IMG/VR virus record: IMGVR_UViG_3300037518_000322
Span: 52,663 to 116,662 of that record
Length of the DNA stretch: 64,000 nt
Reading direction: 5' to 3' (one strand)
Source of the DNA: a virus
Made by a program: the position numbers and the translations under genes. Shown here one piece after another: positions 28,103 through 38,831 of this stretch. The notes beneath the pieces are model-generated. The model searched no databases. It had not been told where the DNA came from and worked only from the letters and a program-made list of their open reading frames with translations. Position 1 is the first letter of the stretch, and every line of letters starts with the position of its first letter.

Positions 28103-28576
28103 TTAGATAACCTCCAGGTCATAGACGGTGACGGGGACGCCCCGTTTGGTGAGTGTCTCGTTGATGATGGGCTCGACCTTGTCCCAGGTGCCACCGCCGA
28201 GGCCGCAGCCGATACGGGGCATGTGGACGGAGGCATTGAGCCGGGCCGCCGCATCCGCTACTTCTGTCAGCGCCTCAGTCAGCGCTACGTACTGCACGGC
28301 GCGTGGGGCGGACCTGTCATGGCGGACGCCGTGCTGGGCGATCATGTTGGCAACGTCGATGTCATGCCTGACGGTTACGAACTGGACCGCGCCGAGCCGG
28401 AAGTCTTTCTGTGTGTGGTCCCATGCGTGGTAGGCGAGCTTTGTGAGGGGCCATGCGCGGCCGAGGGCGACAACGAAGCCGCTGCCCCACTTGCCCTCGT
28501 CGTTGACGATGTGGGCGATCATCTTCAATCCGTCGCCGACCGGCTGAGTGGCGTCGCCCTTGACGTAGGTGATCAT
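28103..28576 (-). CDS. Macrodomain protein (ADP-ribose hydrolase)
   Basis: 'YVKGDAT...AHIVND.GKWGSGF...MPRIGCGLGGG.W'. Confidence 0.9.
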   Translation of the reverse strand: MITYVKGDATQPVGDGLKMIAHIVNDEGKWGSGFVVALGRAWPLTKLAYHAWDHTQKDFRLGAVQFVTVRHDIDVANMIAQHGVRHDRSAPRAVQYVALTEALTEVADAAARLNASVHMPRIGCGLGGGTWDKVEPIINETLTKRGVPVTVYDLEVI

Positions 28577-28793
28577 GCGCTCTCTGCTCCTACCGGGACG
28601 GGAACGGCCTCTTCGGCGGGCAGCGGCTCTTGCCCGGGGATGTTGAGCCAGTCGCGTTCGGCGCTGGCGCTGGGGTAGTCGTCGTGTTCGTTGGCGAAGT
28701 CGTAGCTGTCCTTCTCGCCGTGGTCAACGGCGACCCACTCGCTGGCAGTGACGACGAGGTAGGTGTCGGTGGGGTTTCCCCGTGCCCCGGGTA

Positions 28794-29120
28794 TCAGGAC
28801 GACGTAGGTGTCTCGCATGAGGGACCTCTCCTCTTGTCTCGTTCCGCGCGCACCTGGGCGGCCGGGTAGAGCGCCATGGGGCGTCTTGTTTCCGGGTGGT
28901 CGACGTAGGCGATGGACGCGATGCCCCACCTGGACATAGTGGTGCGTGCCGCCGCTGTGCTTTCGTATCCGAGGAAATCGGCCACCTGCTGCGCTGTCCA
29001 TGCCTCGGGTGGTTCCTCGGTGAGCATCTCCGCGTAGGCGTCGATGTAGTCCATGATCTTGCTGGCCTCGTCGGCGGGGACGTGTTCTGTCAGCCGGTCC
29101 AGCAGTTCGTCGCGGGTCAT
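28794..29120 (-). CDS. HTH DNA-binding protein
   Basis: 'WTAQQVADFLG...AARTTMSRWG'. Confidence 0.6.
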   Translation of the reverse strand: MTRDELLDRLTEHVPADEASKIMDYIDAYAEMLTEEPPEAWTAQQVADFLGYESTAAARTTMSRWGIASIAYVDHPETRRPMALYPAAQVRAERDKRRGPSCETPTSS

Positions 29121-30241
29121 GCGGACATGATCCTTCCTTGTCATGGGTGGCGGGGCAGGCTGCGTGAGGCGTGCCCCGCCACCGTTGCGATCCCGTCCGT
29201 TGGCGCGGCCGGGATCGCTGGCTGCGCCGTTGTCTGGGGGCAAGGCGCAGCCATGGCCTGGACGATACCCTCCGTGCCGTTGGTGTATCTACCTACGGCT
29301 TGGGCCGGTGTGGGCGGATTTTTTCGGCGGTCCAGCGGATGATCCGTACGGTGTCGTAGAGGATCCTCCCTGCGGCTATGAGCATCATCAGCACGAAGAG
29401 TGCTGCGGCGGGCGCGACCAGGAGCGTGCCGGTCAGCCAGTCGGCGCGGGTTGATGCGTAGGGGGCTATCAGGATGGTGACGACGGCGTATTCGGCGATC
29501 CCCAGGAGGGTGAGGGACACGGCGGCGTAGGTGCAGCCGACGTCGTGGCGCCGTAGGTAGCCGGTCACTGACGGGTGGCCCGTTCCTGGCGCTGCTGGAT
29601 CTCGTACTGGGTGAGGGCTGCGGCGTAGGCGTCGTAGCGGCGGCAGGTGCGTGTGTCGATGATGTCGCTGCGCCGGTACCAGCCGGTGACTCCCTGACGG
29701 GAGATGGCGTCTTTGGGTGCCCCTTCGGCGGCGGCGTCTGTGCACGCGATGATGATGCGCTCACGGCCGAAGCCGTTGTCCACCAGGTAGGCGACCATGT
29801 AGCGGTAGCCGAGGTGCTGTGTGGGGCTGGTGACGTGCTGCTCGCCGGTTCCGTAGGGAGCCTTGAACTTGGGCATGGGCTGTGCCCTTCCTTGTCGTGG
29901 GTGGTGCTCAGGCTTTCTGCTGGTTGGGGGCCGGGTGGTCGTTGCTGTCGATCTCGCGGACTTCGAAGACTGTGGTGCGTGGGGTGCAGACGCCGGTGGC
30001 TTCTTGTGCGTTGCGCAGGGTGGCACGGCCTTGGTTGCTGGCGTCGTCCATGGTGTCGGCGAACAGGCTCCAGTAGAGGTGGAGCTGGTGGTTGGCGAGG
30101 TCGAAGCGGCCCAGGGGGTCGCCGTCGATGGCGTCGGCGATGTCCCGTGCTTCGGCTTCGGTGATCCATCCGACGTCCTCGATGACGGCGGTGATGGCGT
30201 ACTGGCGCTGGTCGAGCACGTTTCTGTTCATCCGGGTTCTC

Positions 30242-30976
30242 CTACATGCTGGGGTGGGCGGGTGTGAGGGTGAGGCGGTTGTCGCCGTCGGGCTTCTTCC
30301 AGCTCACGTGGTTGGAGTGGACGATGTAGGCGTTGGTGGTGTCTTCCTGGCCTTCGACGCAGATGAGTTCGCGGCTGCCCTTGAGCTGGCCGTGGTCGAT
30401 CTGGGTGAAGTCGGGGAAGGCGCGTAGCAGGGGTGTGATGTAGCGGGTGCCGAAGAGGTCGAAGATTTCGTAGCCCGGGGTGTTGTTGCGGTGGAGGGAG
30501 GCGAGTCGTTGGTAGCGTGCTCCGATGCCTTCGACGATCATGCGGTAGGCGGGGTGGCCGAGGGTGGCGCCGAGGGTGGCGTTCTGGACGTTGCCTCTGC
30601 TGCCGGTCATGCCGATCAGGGTCTTGCCCTCGATGAGGGGGTCGATGGGCTTGGTGCACCGGGAGTCGGCGTCGGTGTAGATGCCGCCGTAGCGGGCGAG
30701 GAGTTCCAGGCGCAGGACGTCGGCCCGTGCGGCGATGGGCATGTCCGGGTTGTCGGCGAGGGCTTCGTAGACCCACTGGTTGTGCAGGGCGGGGAGGTTC
30801 TTGTCGGTCCAGAGCTGGACGTGGTAGTGGGGGTTGTGCACCTTCCAGGTGTGCAGGTTTTTCTGGTAGGGGAAGGGCTTCTTGCCGATCCAGATGACGT
30901 GGATCCGCTTGGGTATGCCTGTTGGCGGGGTGTCGGTGGTGGTGGGGCGGTGACGTCGGAGTTTGCCGAGGATCAC
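30242..30976 (-). CDS. GT32/OCH1-like glycosyltransferase (DXD motif)
   Basis: 'IPKRIHVIWIG...ADVLRLELL..YGGIYTDAD'. Confidence 0.88.
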   Translation of the reverse strand: MILGKLRRHRPTTTDTPPTGIPKRIHVIWIGKKPFPYQKNLHTWKVHNPHYHVQLWTDKNLPALHNQWVYEALADNPDMPIAARADVLRLELLARYGGIYTDADSRCTKPIDPLIEGKTLIGMTGSRGNVQNATLGATLGHPAYRMIVEGIGARYQRLASLHRNNTPGYEIFDLFGTRYITPLLRAFPDFTQIDHGQLKGSRELICVEGQEDTTNAYIVHSNHVSWKKPDGDNRLTLTPAHPSM

Positions 30977-31189
30977 TGGTGTTCCTTGTCGTGGTGGTGT
31001 GTGGTTCAGGTGGTGAGGATCTGGGTGAGCATCCAGGCGCCCACGGCGAGGCCTGCTATCAGCACGCACAGCACGATGGCGGGTCGCTGCATGGGTGGGA
31101 GGCGGTGTTCGCCGAACCCGAAGTCGACCCGTACGTCGTCGTTGTACGGGTCTTGATCGTTGCCTGTCACAGGCTTCCTTGTCGGTGTG

Positions 31190-31825
31190 TCAGCCCGTGT
31201 GGGCTGGGTCGTGCCCGAGGTCGAATCCCGCTTCTGATTCGTCCGGATTTGGTGTGTAGTGCTCATCAAGGTCCAGTTGCTCAGCCTTGGCGTCCATCTC
31301 TGCCTGCTCTTGCAGGATTCGGTGCGGGAGCGAGTATCGCACCTTGATGGTCTCTCGGTCGTCTGTGTAGAAAGAAAGACCGAACTGTGTCCCAAGGTTC
31401 TTGGCGGCGCGGCAGAAGGCCACGCTGCGTGCGCCGTTCATGCAGTCGCTGTGCAGGTCCCAGAGGGACTTGGGGTTGTGAATCTCCCGCTGGGTGCCCC
31501 AGGCACCGGCACCGTCGAAGAACGTACGGACGGATCCGTCGGAGTTGCGGATGATGAGGCGCTGGCGGGCGCGGTAGGCGACGGCCATGTTGTTGTTCAG
31601 CTCGCGCCCCTGTCCGACCTCGGTGAGCTCCAGATCCTGCTCCCCCCAGCCGAACGGACCGAAGATCTCGATGAGCCGGGCCCGGATGTAGGTGTGGTGG
31701 AGGTTGATCTGCCGGTCATTGTCACGCTTGGTGATTGCTTCGATCAGATCGTCATTCTCAAACTGCTCGAAGGGCTTGAGCAGTTCTTCGTACTGTCGTT
31801 GGGTGAGCTTTCCAGGGTCATTCAT
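31190..31825 (-). CDS. Rad52/22-like (Sak) single-strand annealing protein
   Basis: 'RLIEIFGPFGW...DGAG...A.SVAFCRAAKNLG.QFGL.FY'. Confidence 0.75.
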   Translation of the reverse strand: MNDPGKLTQRQYEELLKPFEQFENDDLIEAITKRDNDRQINLHHTYIRARLIEIFGPFGWGEQDLELTEVGQGRELNNNMAVAYRARQRLIIRNSDGSVRTFFDGAGAWGTQREIHNPKSLWDLHSDCMNGARSVAFCRAAKNLGTQFGLSFYTDDRETIKVRYSLPHRILQEQAEMDAKAEQLDLDEHYTPNPDESEAGFDLGHDPAHTG

Positions 31826-31913
31826 GATTCCCCTGCTTCCTTGTCGTTGTGTGGTACGCGAAAGGGCGGCATCGGATTTCCATGCCGCCCTTTATTCACG
31901 CTGTGTGGCGTGT

Positions 31914-32159
31914 TTACTCCGGAGTGAAACGAAGCAGGACGTCCTTCCCGTCCTGCGTCACCCTGGTTTCCGTGACGTAGCCGTGCTTGTTGCCCCATCC
32001 GCGCGCCAGGGTGCGGAAGTAGGACGGCTTCTTGTAGAAGTCGACACCGCCTTCCAGTTGCCACCACTTCCCGTTGGCCCATGTCTCCCACGGGTACGTC
32101 ATGCGGTCTTCTTCTCGCGCTAGTGCCGCTACGAGATTGTCTGCAATCTGCTTCGCCAT
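31914..32159 (-). CDS. Hypothetical protein, probably leaderless
   Basis: YPWE.W.NG motif; ATG 6 nt after TAGACT. Confidence 0.55.
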   Translation of the reverse strand: MAKQIADNLVAALAREEDRMTYPWETWANGKWWQLEGGVDFYKKPSYFRTLARGWGNKHGYVTETRVTQDGKDVLLRFTPE

Positions 32160-32165
32160 GCATGC

Positions 32166-32194
32166 AGTCTATAACTGACAAGTGAGTTAAACAA
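32166..32194 (-). promoter_or_regulatory. Putative promoter
   Basis: TTGTTT-17 nt-TAGACT in AT-rich intergenic region. Confidence 0.55.
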
Positions 32195-32232
32195 CAATCG
32201 CGTGAAAGTCTCATCTAACGAGTTTGTCTCGT

Positions 32233-33642
32233 TTATCGATGATAGTTGACAACGATGACGGCTTGCTTGGCTCGCGTGATGGACGTGTAGAGCCACTGTG
32301 CGTAGGACGGTGGGCCCTCGTCCATGACGATGACCTGGTCGAACTCGGAGCCTTGTGCCTTGTAGGCGGTGAGTGCGTAGGCGTAGTCCCACAGACGCGA
32401 TCCCCGTGGGCGGTCCGGGGAGTTCTTCCACAGATCCTTCTCGGCGCCGAACTGCGCGCGGGCGACGCCTGCGACGAGAAGGCAGACGGGCTCGTTGGGG
32501 GTGGCCAGGACGTGGTCGTCGAGCTGGACGACGATGTCAATCATCGGCCCACCCCGGTCGGTGACCTTCAAGACGGTGCCGGTCATGCCGTTGTGCACCG
32601 TCAGGAAGTCTCTGGTGGCGCGGTAACCGCCCTCCCCGGGGGTGACGCGGACCGCCTCGTAGGAGCGGCCTCCGAGTGAGACGACCCGGTCCCCCTCGCG
32701 GGGTGGTCCTTCGCCATGTCCGGCCTGGTTCAGGCGGGCGCGCAGGCGGTTGGTGTGTGTGACGATGAGCCGCTCGGGTCCGGGGTCGAACCGCTGGAAG
32801 ACGCCTCTCATGACAGGGTCGGAGAGGGGGTAGCGGACGGCGTCGCCGTTTCCGTAGCGGGCCCGCCCCATGTGTCCGTTGCGGCGTACGTCGTGGGCGG
32901 CCTCGATGATGCCGGAGTCGGCGCCCTGGCGGTGGTTGTGGGTGAGCTCCACGTCGGGGTTCATGGTGAAGGGGTTCATCTGGGCTTTGACGGGCGGGAG
33001 CTGTCCGTGGTCGCCGACGAGGAGGACGGGGACGCCGAAGGAGCGGACGTCGGCGACCTGTTCCGGGGAGAGCATGGAGGACTCGTCGATGATGACCAGG
33101 CTGCGATGGCCGCCGAGGTATTCGCGGCGTTTGGGTTCGAGCTGTTCCCGGATCCGGCAGTCATGGGTCTTGCCCGCCGTGCACGGGTCGAAGTGTGCGG
33201 GGCACTCGCAGGCGTCGTCCTGGCCGCAGACGCACTTGTCGACGACGCGGCGGACCTTCCCGCCGGTGACGTCGCAGTGATGGGTGGCGTGCATGTGGTA
33301 GACGAGTGAGTGGTAGGTGCGTACCCGTGCGCTCTGGCCGCCGGTGAGTTTCTTGCGCAGGACGGCGGCGGCCTTGTGGGTGGGCGTGCCGAAGACGGCC
33401 CGGACGCCGAGCTGATCCTCCAGGGACTGCATGAGAGTGGTCTTGCCGCTGCCCGCCCAGCCTCCAAGGGAATAAATTGGTGCATTTCCGGCGCCGTGGG
33501 TGTGCGGCGTGGACGGGCAGCCGTTGAAGCCGTAGCCGGATGTGCCTCCGTTGCAGTGGATGAGGTGGGCGTCGGCGTCCTTGTACCAGTCGTCGATGCG
33601 GTCGAGGGCGTTGGACTGGTCGGTGCTGAGGCTGATGGTCAT
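32233..33642 (-). CDS. RecD/Dda-like SF1B helicase
   Basis: GWAGSGKTT, PTHKAA, IIDESSM, GDHGQL, HRQ, YALTAYKAQGSEF. Confidence 0.92.
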   Translation of the reverse strand: MTISLSTDQSNALDRIDDWYKDADAHLIHCNGGTSGYGFNGCPSTPHTHGAGNAPIYSLGGWAGSGKTTLMQSLEDQLGVRAVFGTPTHKAAAVLRKKLTGGQSARVRTYHSLVYHMHATHHCDVTGGKVRRVVDKCVCGQDDACECPAHFDPCTAGKTHDCRIREQLEPKRREYLGGHRSLVIIDESSMLSPEQVADVRSFGVPVLLVGDHGQLPPVKAQMNPFTMNPDVELTHNHRQGADSGIIEAAHDVRRNGHMGRARYGNGDAVRYPLSDPVMRGVFQRFDPGPERLIVTHTNRLRARLNQAGHGEGPPREGDRVVSLGGRSYEAVRVTPGEGGYRATRDFLTVHNGMTGTVLKVTDRGGPMIDIVVQLDDHVLATPNEPVCLLVAGVARAQFGAEKDLWKNSPDRPRGSRLWDYAYALTAYKAQGSEFDQVIVMDEGPPSYAQWLYTSITRAKQAVIVVNYHR

Positions 33643-33661
33643 AGTGGTGTGCCCCCGTCGG

Positions 33662-36600
33662 TCACTGTCGGTCTTCCTCGGATCTGTGTCGGGTGGGGTT
33701 GATGGTGGGGGTCAGGGTACGGAGGATCGAGTTGACGCTGCTGCGTACTTCGTCCGCATGCCGGGTGGGCCCCGTTCCGTTACGTGGCGGCGGGACCGAC
33801 TCGACGATGGTCTTTGGCGGTTCGGGATCCGGGAAGGTCTGCTGCCCGGTGGGCTCGGGCTTCTTCTCGGACTCCTCCTTTGCTCGCTCCTGCTGGTCCC
33901 TCTCCGCGCGTATGTCGGGGTGGTCGGCGAGCAGGCCGATGCCCCGGTAGATGGGTACGAGCTTGCCGTCGATGCGTTTCTTCTGGTCCTTGGCCTTGAT
34001 GGTGGGGACCATGCCGAGGAGCTTGGTGGTGAAGGACTCCCGGGTGTCAGCCACTTGGCGGCCGTGGCTCCGGTTCCAGAGGGTCCACATCTCCCGAAGA
34101 CGTTCTTTGGAGACCCACTTGTCGTCGCCGAGGACACATGCTTCCGCGATGAAGCCCTTCTGGGGCGCGGAGCGGTCGCGCTGGGCACCAACGATCTCAG
34201 GCGTGGCACTGTTGACTGTGAAGTGACGCTGGACGGCGAGTCGATCCAGGCCGTCGAGCGCCCAGTTCAGGATGCCGGGGAGTTCAGTGGCGAGACGGTC
34301 GGCCAGTCCGGTGTCCTCGTTGTTCAGGTATGAGGTGACGGTGGTGGCGACGAGCCATCGTGTGGGCAGCACGCCCGCGCTGTCCGCCCAGTTGGGGATG
34401 TCGTTGGTCAGGAGCATGAGGCGGGCGGGGATCTTTCCCTGCCATGGCCGCTGGTACTTGCGGTCGACCTGGATGGTGTCCTCACCGATGATCGACAGGA
34501 GCCGTTCGGTGATCACCTCCGTGCCCTTCTTCGGCAGTCGTGCGTCGCCGATGACGGCCAGTGTCTTGTCGGTGAGGGCCCACATGCCGAACTGCTCGGT
34601 GAGCGAGTTCAGGGTGGGACCGGCGCAGTTCAGCCAGCCCGCCATCATCTGGAGTATGCGGGCGATGGTGCCCTTGCCGGAACGTTCCGGGCCCTGGAGC
34701 ATAAGGGCCTTCTGGAGGTCGGTGCGTCCGGACAGGACGTAGCCGAACCACTCCTGGATCATGTCGATGGAGGTCGGGTCGTGTGCGAACGTCTCTTCGA
34801 GCCACGTGGCCCACTGGGGGCAGGTGGCCGTCCCGTCGTATCCGAACGGCACGCTGGAGAAGGTGAAGTACGCCGGGTCGGCGGGTGCGAGTTCGCGGCC
34901 GGTGACGCGGAGGAGGCCGTTGGTGCAGGAGATGGCCAGGTCGTGGACTCCCTCTCCTACCATGGTGTTCTGCTTTGTGTCGTCGCGGAGGTTGACGGCG
35001 GCACGTAGTGCCTTGTCGAGGTTGGTGATGCTGGAGTTCGCCGGGTTCCATGGTTCGTCGACGAGGTTGCCGTCGACCTTCTTGGTCATGTATGCGGCGT
35101 CCATCCGCTGGTACAGCCAGGATGTGACGTCGGCGTCGGACATGGTGCCCCAGCAGGATCCGTTCCATCTCACCCAGATGTCCTGCCAGCGCATGAGGGT
35201 GGGCTTGCCGCCGTGGAGGAAGAACGTGTCGCGTAGCTGGGTGGCCACGGTGTAGGGCTTCTTGTCGCTGGATGCTCGGAACTTCCCGACGATTTCGGGC
35301 AGGCGGGTGTCGGTGAGCGGGTCGGCCGGTTCGGGAAGCGGGTCAGAATCGTCTCGGTTTGCAGCGATCTCCACGGCAGGGGTCTCCTGCGACGCGGATT
35401 CCGGCTCGGACGTGGGTGTGGTGGTGTCCGGGTCGGTGACGTGTCCGTCCTCGGTGGCCTCTCCTGCCCACATGTCGACCTGTTCGGCGCTCTGCTCGGC
35501 ACGGAGCCTCACGGTCCATGTGTACGGCCGCTGGAGGCCCTGTGAGGCGCTGCGAACGGTGGCCGTGACTTCGGATTCGTCGAGGCCGGAGGTGAGGGCG
35601 GCGGCGGTGAACTCGCGCTCCACTTCGGCGGGGTCGAGCTGCCCGGCTCCGGCGTACTGGTAGCACATGTAGGCGAGCCGGTTGAGGGCGTTGTTCCGCT
35701 CGAATGTCGTGGCCCGCATCTCGTCGAGGAGCTGGTTCATGCGGGCGCGGGCGTCGGAAGCGGGGGCGTGGTCGCTGACGTACGAGGAGCGTGTGGGGCG
35801 GGGCGGGGCGGGGCAGGTCTCTTCGAGCTCGTCCAGGGTGTAGCGGAGGCCGGTGGACATGAAGCCGGTGGCGCGGCGTTTGTTCCAGTCTTTTGCGTTG
35901 ACGGTGCCGGGGATACGCAGGACGCGGGAGAGGTCGGACACGCCGGTGCCGTAGCTGAAGCCCTGCTTCTCGGCGGCGATTTTGACCTGGGCCTGCCAGC
36001 GGCGGGAGAGGGCTGCGACCCTCATGCGGGTCGCAGGGTCCGTGACGTCGAGGGGGTCGGCCAGCTTGACGATGTGGTAGAGGCCGCCGCCGGAGTTCAC
36101 CGTGATCGAGGCGGGCAGGAGTCCGGAGGCGTCGTAGACCGCCTGTGCGGCAGCCGCATCACGGGGAAGGTTGCCACCCTTGTGACCGGTGGTGCCGAAG
36201 TCGAGGTCGGTCCATAGCCCGATGAAGTGGGAGGACATGGCGGCGGTGCCACGATCCCCCCTGGAGGTGTCCGGCATGGTCGCCAGTGTGGTGATGCGGG
36301 CGTAAACGCCCTGCTGGCCTTCGAGGTTGCCGCTCACCTCGATGTGATCGATGGCCTGCTCGATACCGTCCGTGTCCGTGGAGAAAAACCGACCCGATCC
36401 CTTGCGGGGAGTGGTCCACATCTGAAGCAGACCGGGCACACCGTTGTACATTTCGGTCAAATAGGAGCGGACCGTTTCCCGGTCGACGCTCCGGGCAGAG
36501 CTCTCCAGGCCTCGCCAGCCAGCTTTTGTACCGTTGGAGTTGACAACTCGGCTCGTCTCCGCCGAAGATGGTTCTCGTCGCGAGTTGACATCACGTGACG

Positions 36601-36706
36601 ATGCAGAAGAAGCTGGCAGGTTTATCCTGCTAACATCAGAAACGTCGTCATACGTCGTCACGGACGATCTCCTTGCTGCTGGTGCTGTACTCCTTGCGGA
36701 GGCCAC
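33662..36706 (-). CDS. DNA primase-helicase (RepB-like primase + D5/SF3 helicase); true start likely downstream of 36706
   Basis: 'WTDLDF','SGGGLYH','RVLRIPGTVN'; Walker A GPERSGKGT. Confidence 0.88.
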   Translation of the reverse strand: MASARSTAPAARRSSVTTYDDVSDVSRINLPASSASSRDVNSRREPSSAETSRVVNSNGTKAGWRGLESSARSVDRETVRSYLTEMYNGVPGLLQMWTTPRKGSGRFFSTDTDGIEQAIDHIEVSGNLEGQQGVYARITTLATMPDTSRGDRGTAAMSSHFIGLWTDLDFGTTGHKGGNLPRDAAAAQAVYDASGLLPASITVNSGGGLYHIVKLADPLDVTDPATRMRVAALSRRWQAQVKIAAEKQGFSYGTGVSDLSRVLRIPGTVNAKDWNKRRATGFMSTGLRYTLDELEETCPAPPRPTRSSYVSDHAPASDARARMNQLLDEMRATTFERNNALNRLAYMCYQYAGAGQLDPAEVEREFTAAALTSGLDESEVTATVRSASQGLQRPYTWTVRLRAEQSAEQVDMWAGEATEDGHVTDPDTTTPTSEPESASQETPAVEIAANRDDSDPLPEPADPLTDTRLPEIVGKFRASSDKKPYTVATQLRDTFFLHGGKPTLMRWQDIWVRWNGSCWGTMSDADVTSWLYQRMDAAYMTKKVDGNLVDEPWNPANSSITNLDKALRAAVNLRDDTKQNTMVGEGVHDLAISCTNGLLRVTGRELAPADPAYFTFSSVPFGYDGTATCPQWATWLEETFAHDPTSIDMIQEWFGYVLSGRTDLQKALMLQGPERSGKGTIARILQMMAGWLNCAGPTLNSLTEQFGMWALTDKTLAVIGDARLPKKGTEVITERLLSIIGEDTIQVDRKYQRPWQGKIPARLMLLTNDIPNWADSAGVLPTRWLVATTVTSYLNNEDTGLADRLATELPGILNWALDGLDRLAVQRHFTVNSATPEIVGAQRDRSAPQKGFIAEACVLGDDKWVSKERLREMWTLWNRSHGRQVADTRESFTTKLLGMVPTIKAKDQKKRIDGKLVPIYRGIGLLADHPDIRAERDQQERAKEESEKKPEPTGQQTFPDPEPPKTIVESVPPPRNGTGPTRHADEVRSSVNSILRTLTPTINPTRHRSEEDRQ

Positions 36707-38018
36707 TGCTCGGAGCCGTCGAGTTCTCTGCTCCCGCCCTGCGGCGCGGGGCGGCAGGTGTGGAGAGGTGGTTCATCGAGCGGTACGTTGGTGGAGACAA
36801 CGCGGGATCTTCTTTCTCCCAGGGGTGAGCCCGGTGCCTAGGAACACCGGAACTCGAATACTAACCCTTTGGGGACCTGCGTGTCAGGGGCGGTCAGGAG
36901 TCACAGACTCCCGGGCCGCCCCTAACGTTTGTCCGCCCGTCAGTTGTCCACGGGGCGCATCGGGATGGGCGCACCGGCAAGGAGTTCACGCTCGAACTCC
37001 TTGCCCAGGACCGTGGTCAGCAGGTACCGGCCCCCGTCATCGCGGGCGTTGACCGTGCCCAGCCAGGGCTCCGGCCGGTGAAGGTCGGACTCCCCCTCGA
37101 TGAGCGCCCTCAGGGCCTGCGAGGCCTGCCACAGGCCCGTCGTCAGCTCCCCCCTCCGGTAGTCGGCCGGGGTGCCCGGGTCGGCGTGCTTGTCCTCCCA
37201 CCGCTCGACGGCGGCCAGGATCCGCTCCACCAGGAAGCGCATCGCCTTCATCTTGCGGCGCGGCATGTTCTTCTGCATGGACGTAAACGTCCTTCCTTGT
37301 CGGTCGACGGCGCCCCCGTATCAGGGCGCCGTCTGGTTAAACTTGACTAGCCATCACACCGTGCCGTCCATGAGCGGGGCTGCGGCACGCATGGCGGCCT
37401 TCAGCTCGCGGTTGCCTGCCAGCCTCATATCCAGGCCGTTGCCTGTGAGCCACCACCCGGGCGCGGTGCCCAGGTAGTGGCTGCGGTAGCGGTACTGGAG
37501 CCGGTAGGCAAGCACCGGCTCGGTCACCCACAGCATGCCCGGGACTTCGCAGTACCAGGCGTAGCCCCCGACACGCATCATGCTCATGCTTCTACTCCTT
37601 CCTCAGGGGTTGGGCATCTTGACCAGCGAGTCATCTGACTTGCGGTGGTAGTGCTTGGTGCCCTTCTCGCAGGCTGGGCAGTCCGTGTAGCCATCCACCG
37701 ACTTCGGGCTCATGATGTCGATCACGCCACCGTGCTCGACCTCCTCGTAGGGGTCGACCTCGCGCACCGACCAGACGACACCCGGCCCGTGGACGTCCCG
37801 GCCCTTGCGCATCTGCTCCCAACGGGAGTACAGGTCACCGGCCTTGGTGTGCAGGAGCATCTCGTCGTTGAAGTCGAGCAGCTCGTCCAGCTTCTTGCAC
37901 TCATCGCCAGCCGAGTTCGTGGCCGTACCCATGGTGCTAAACCGACACGTCCATGTCTGCGGTGTACAGAGCAACTGGTGGATCTGCTGTCGAGGTGGGG
38001 TGATCACCTTCGGGACAC

Positions 38019-38831
38019 TCACTTCGCGCCCCTCTCCGCCAGCTCCTTCGCGGCCTCCTTGTAGGCCAGGGCGCCGTTGTTGGACGGCTCGTAGGTGATG
38101 ACCGTCTGCTGATGGCTGGGCGCCTCGCTCACCCGGACCGACCGGGGGATCTGAGTCTTCAAGACCTGCTCCGGGAAGTACTTACGCACCTCGTCGGCGA
38201 CCTGCTTGGACAGGCTGGTCGAGCCGTTGAACATGGTGAGCAGCACCGTGGAGATCCGCAGCCGGTCGTTCAGCTCCTCCTGGACCACCAGCTCGATGGT
38301 CTTCATGAGCTGCCCGACACCCTCCAGTGCGTAGTACTCGCACTGGATCGGGATGAGCACCTCGTCACCGGCGGTCATGGCGTTGATGGTGAGCAGGCCG
38401 AGCGAGGGCGGGCAGTCGATGAGGATGTAGTCGAATCCCATGCTGGACTGGCCGATCGCCCTGGCCAGGCGCCCCTCGCGGGACACCATGGACACCAGCT
38501 CGATCTCCGCACCGGCGAGATCGATCGTGGCGGGCGCGCAGTACAGGTTTGGGATCCTGGGGCACTTCTGGATGGCGTCGTCCAGCGGCTTGCTGTCGAT
38601 CAGCACGTCGTAGATGGAGAGGATGCCCTCGCTGTGATGGTCGATGCCCAGCGCAGTGGAGGCATTGCCCTGAGGATCGAGGTCGACCACCAGGACCCGG
38701 CTGCCGTGCAGAGCGAGGGAGGCGGCAAGGTTGACCGTGGTCGTGGTCTTGCCCACCCCGCCCTTCTGGTTGGCGACCACGATCACGCGGGTCTGGTCCG
38801 GGAGGGGGAAGCTGCTGATGCTGGTCGTCAT
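38019..38831 (-). CDS. parA: ParA/Soj chromosome-partitioning ATPase
   Basis: NQKGGVGKTT, DLDPQGNAST, IDCPPSLGLLT, PIQCEYYALEG, SEAPS: chromosomal-type ParA. Confidence 0.93.
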   Translation of the reverse strand: MTTSISSFPLPDQTRVIVVANQKGGVGKTTTTVNLAASLALHGSRVLVVDLDPQGNASTALGIDHHSEGILSIYDVLIDSKPLDDAIQKCPRIPNLYCAPATIDLAGAEIELVSMVSREGRLARAIGQSSMGFDYILIDCPPSLGLLTINAMTAGDEVLIPIQCEYYALEGVGQLMKTIELVVQEELNDRLRISTVLLTMFNGSTSLSKQVADEVRKYFPEQVLKTQIPRSVRVSEAPSHQQTVITYEPSNNGALAYKEAAKELAERGAK

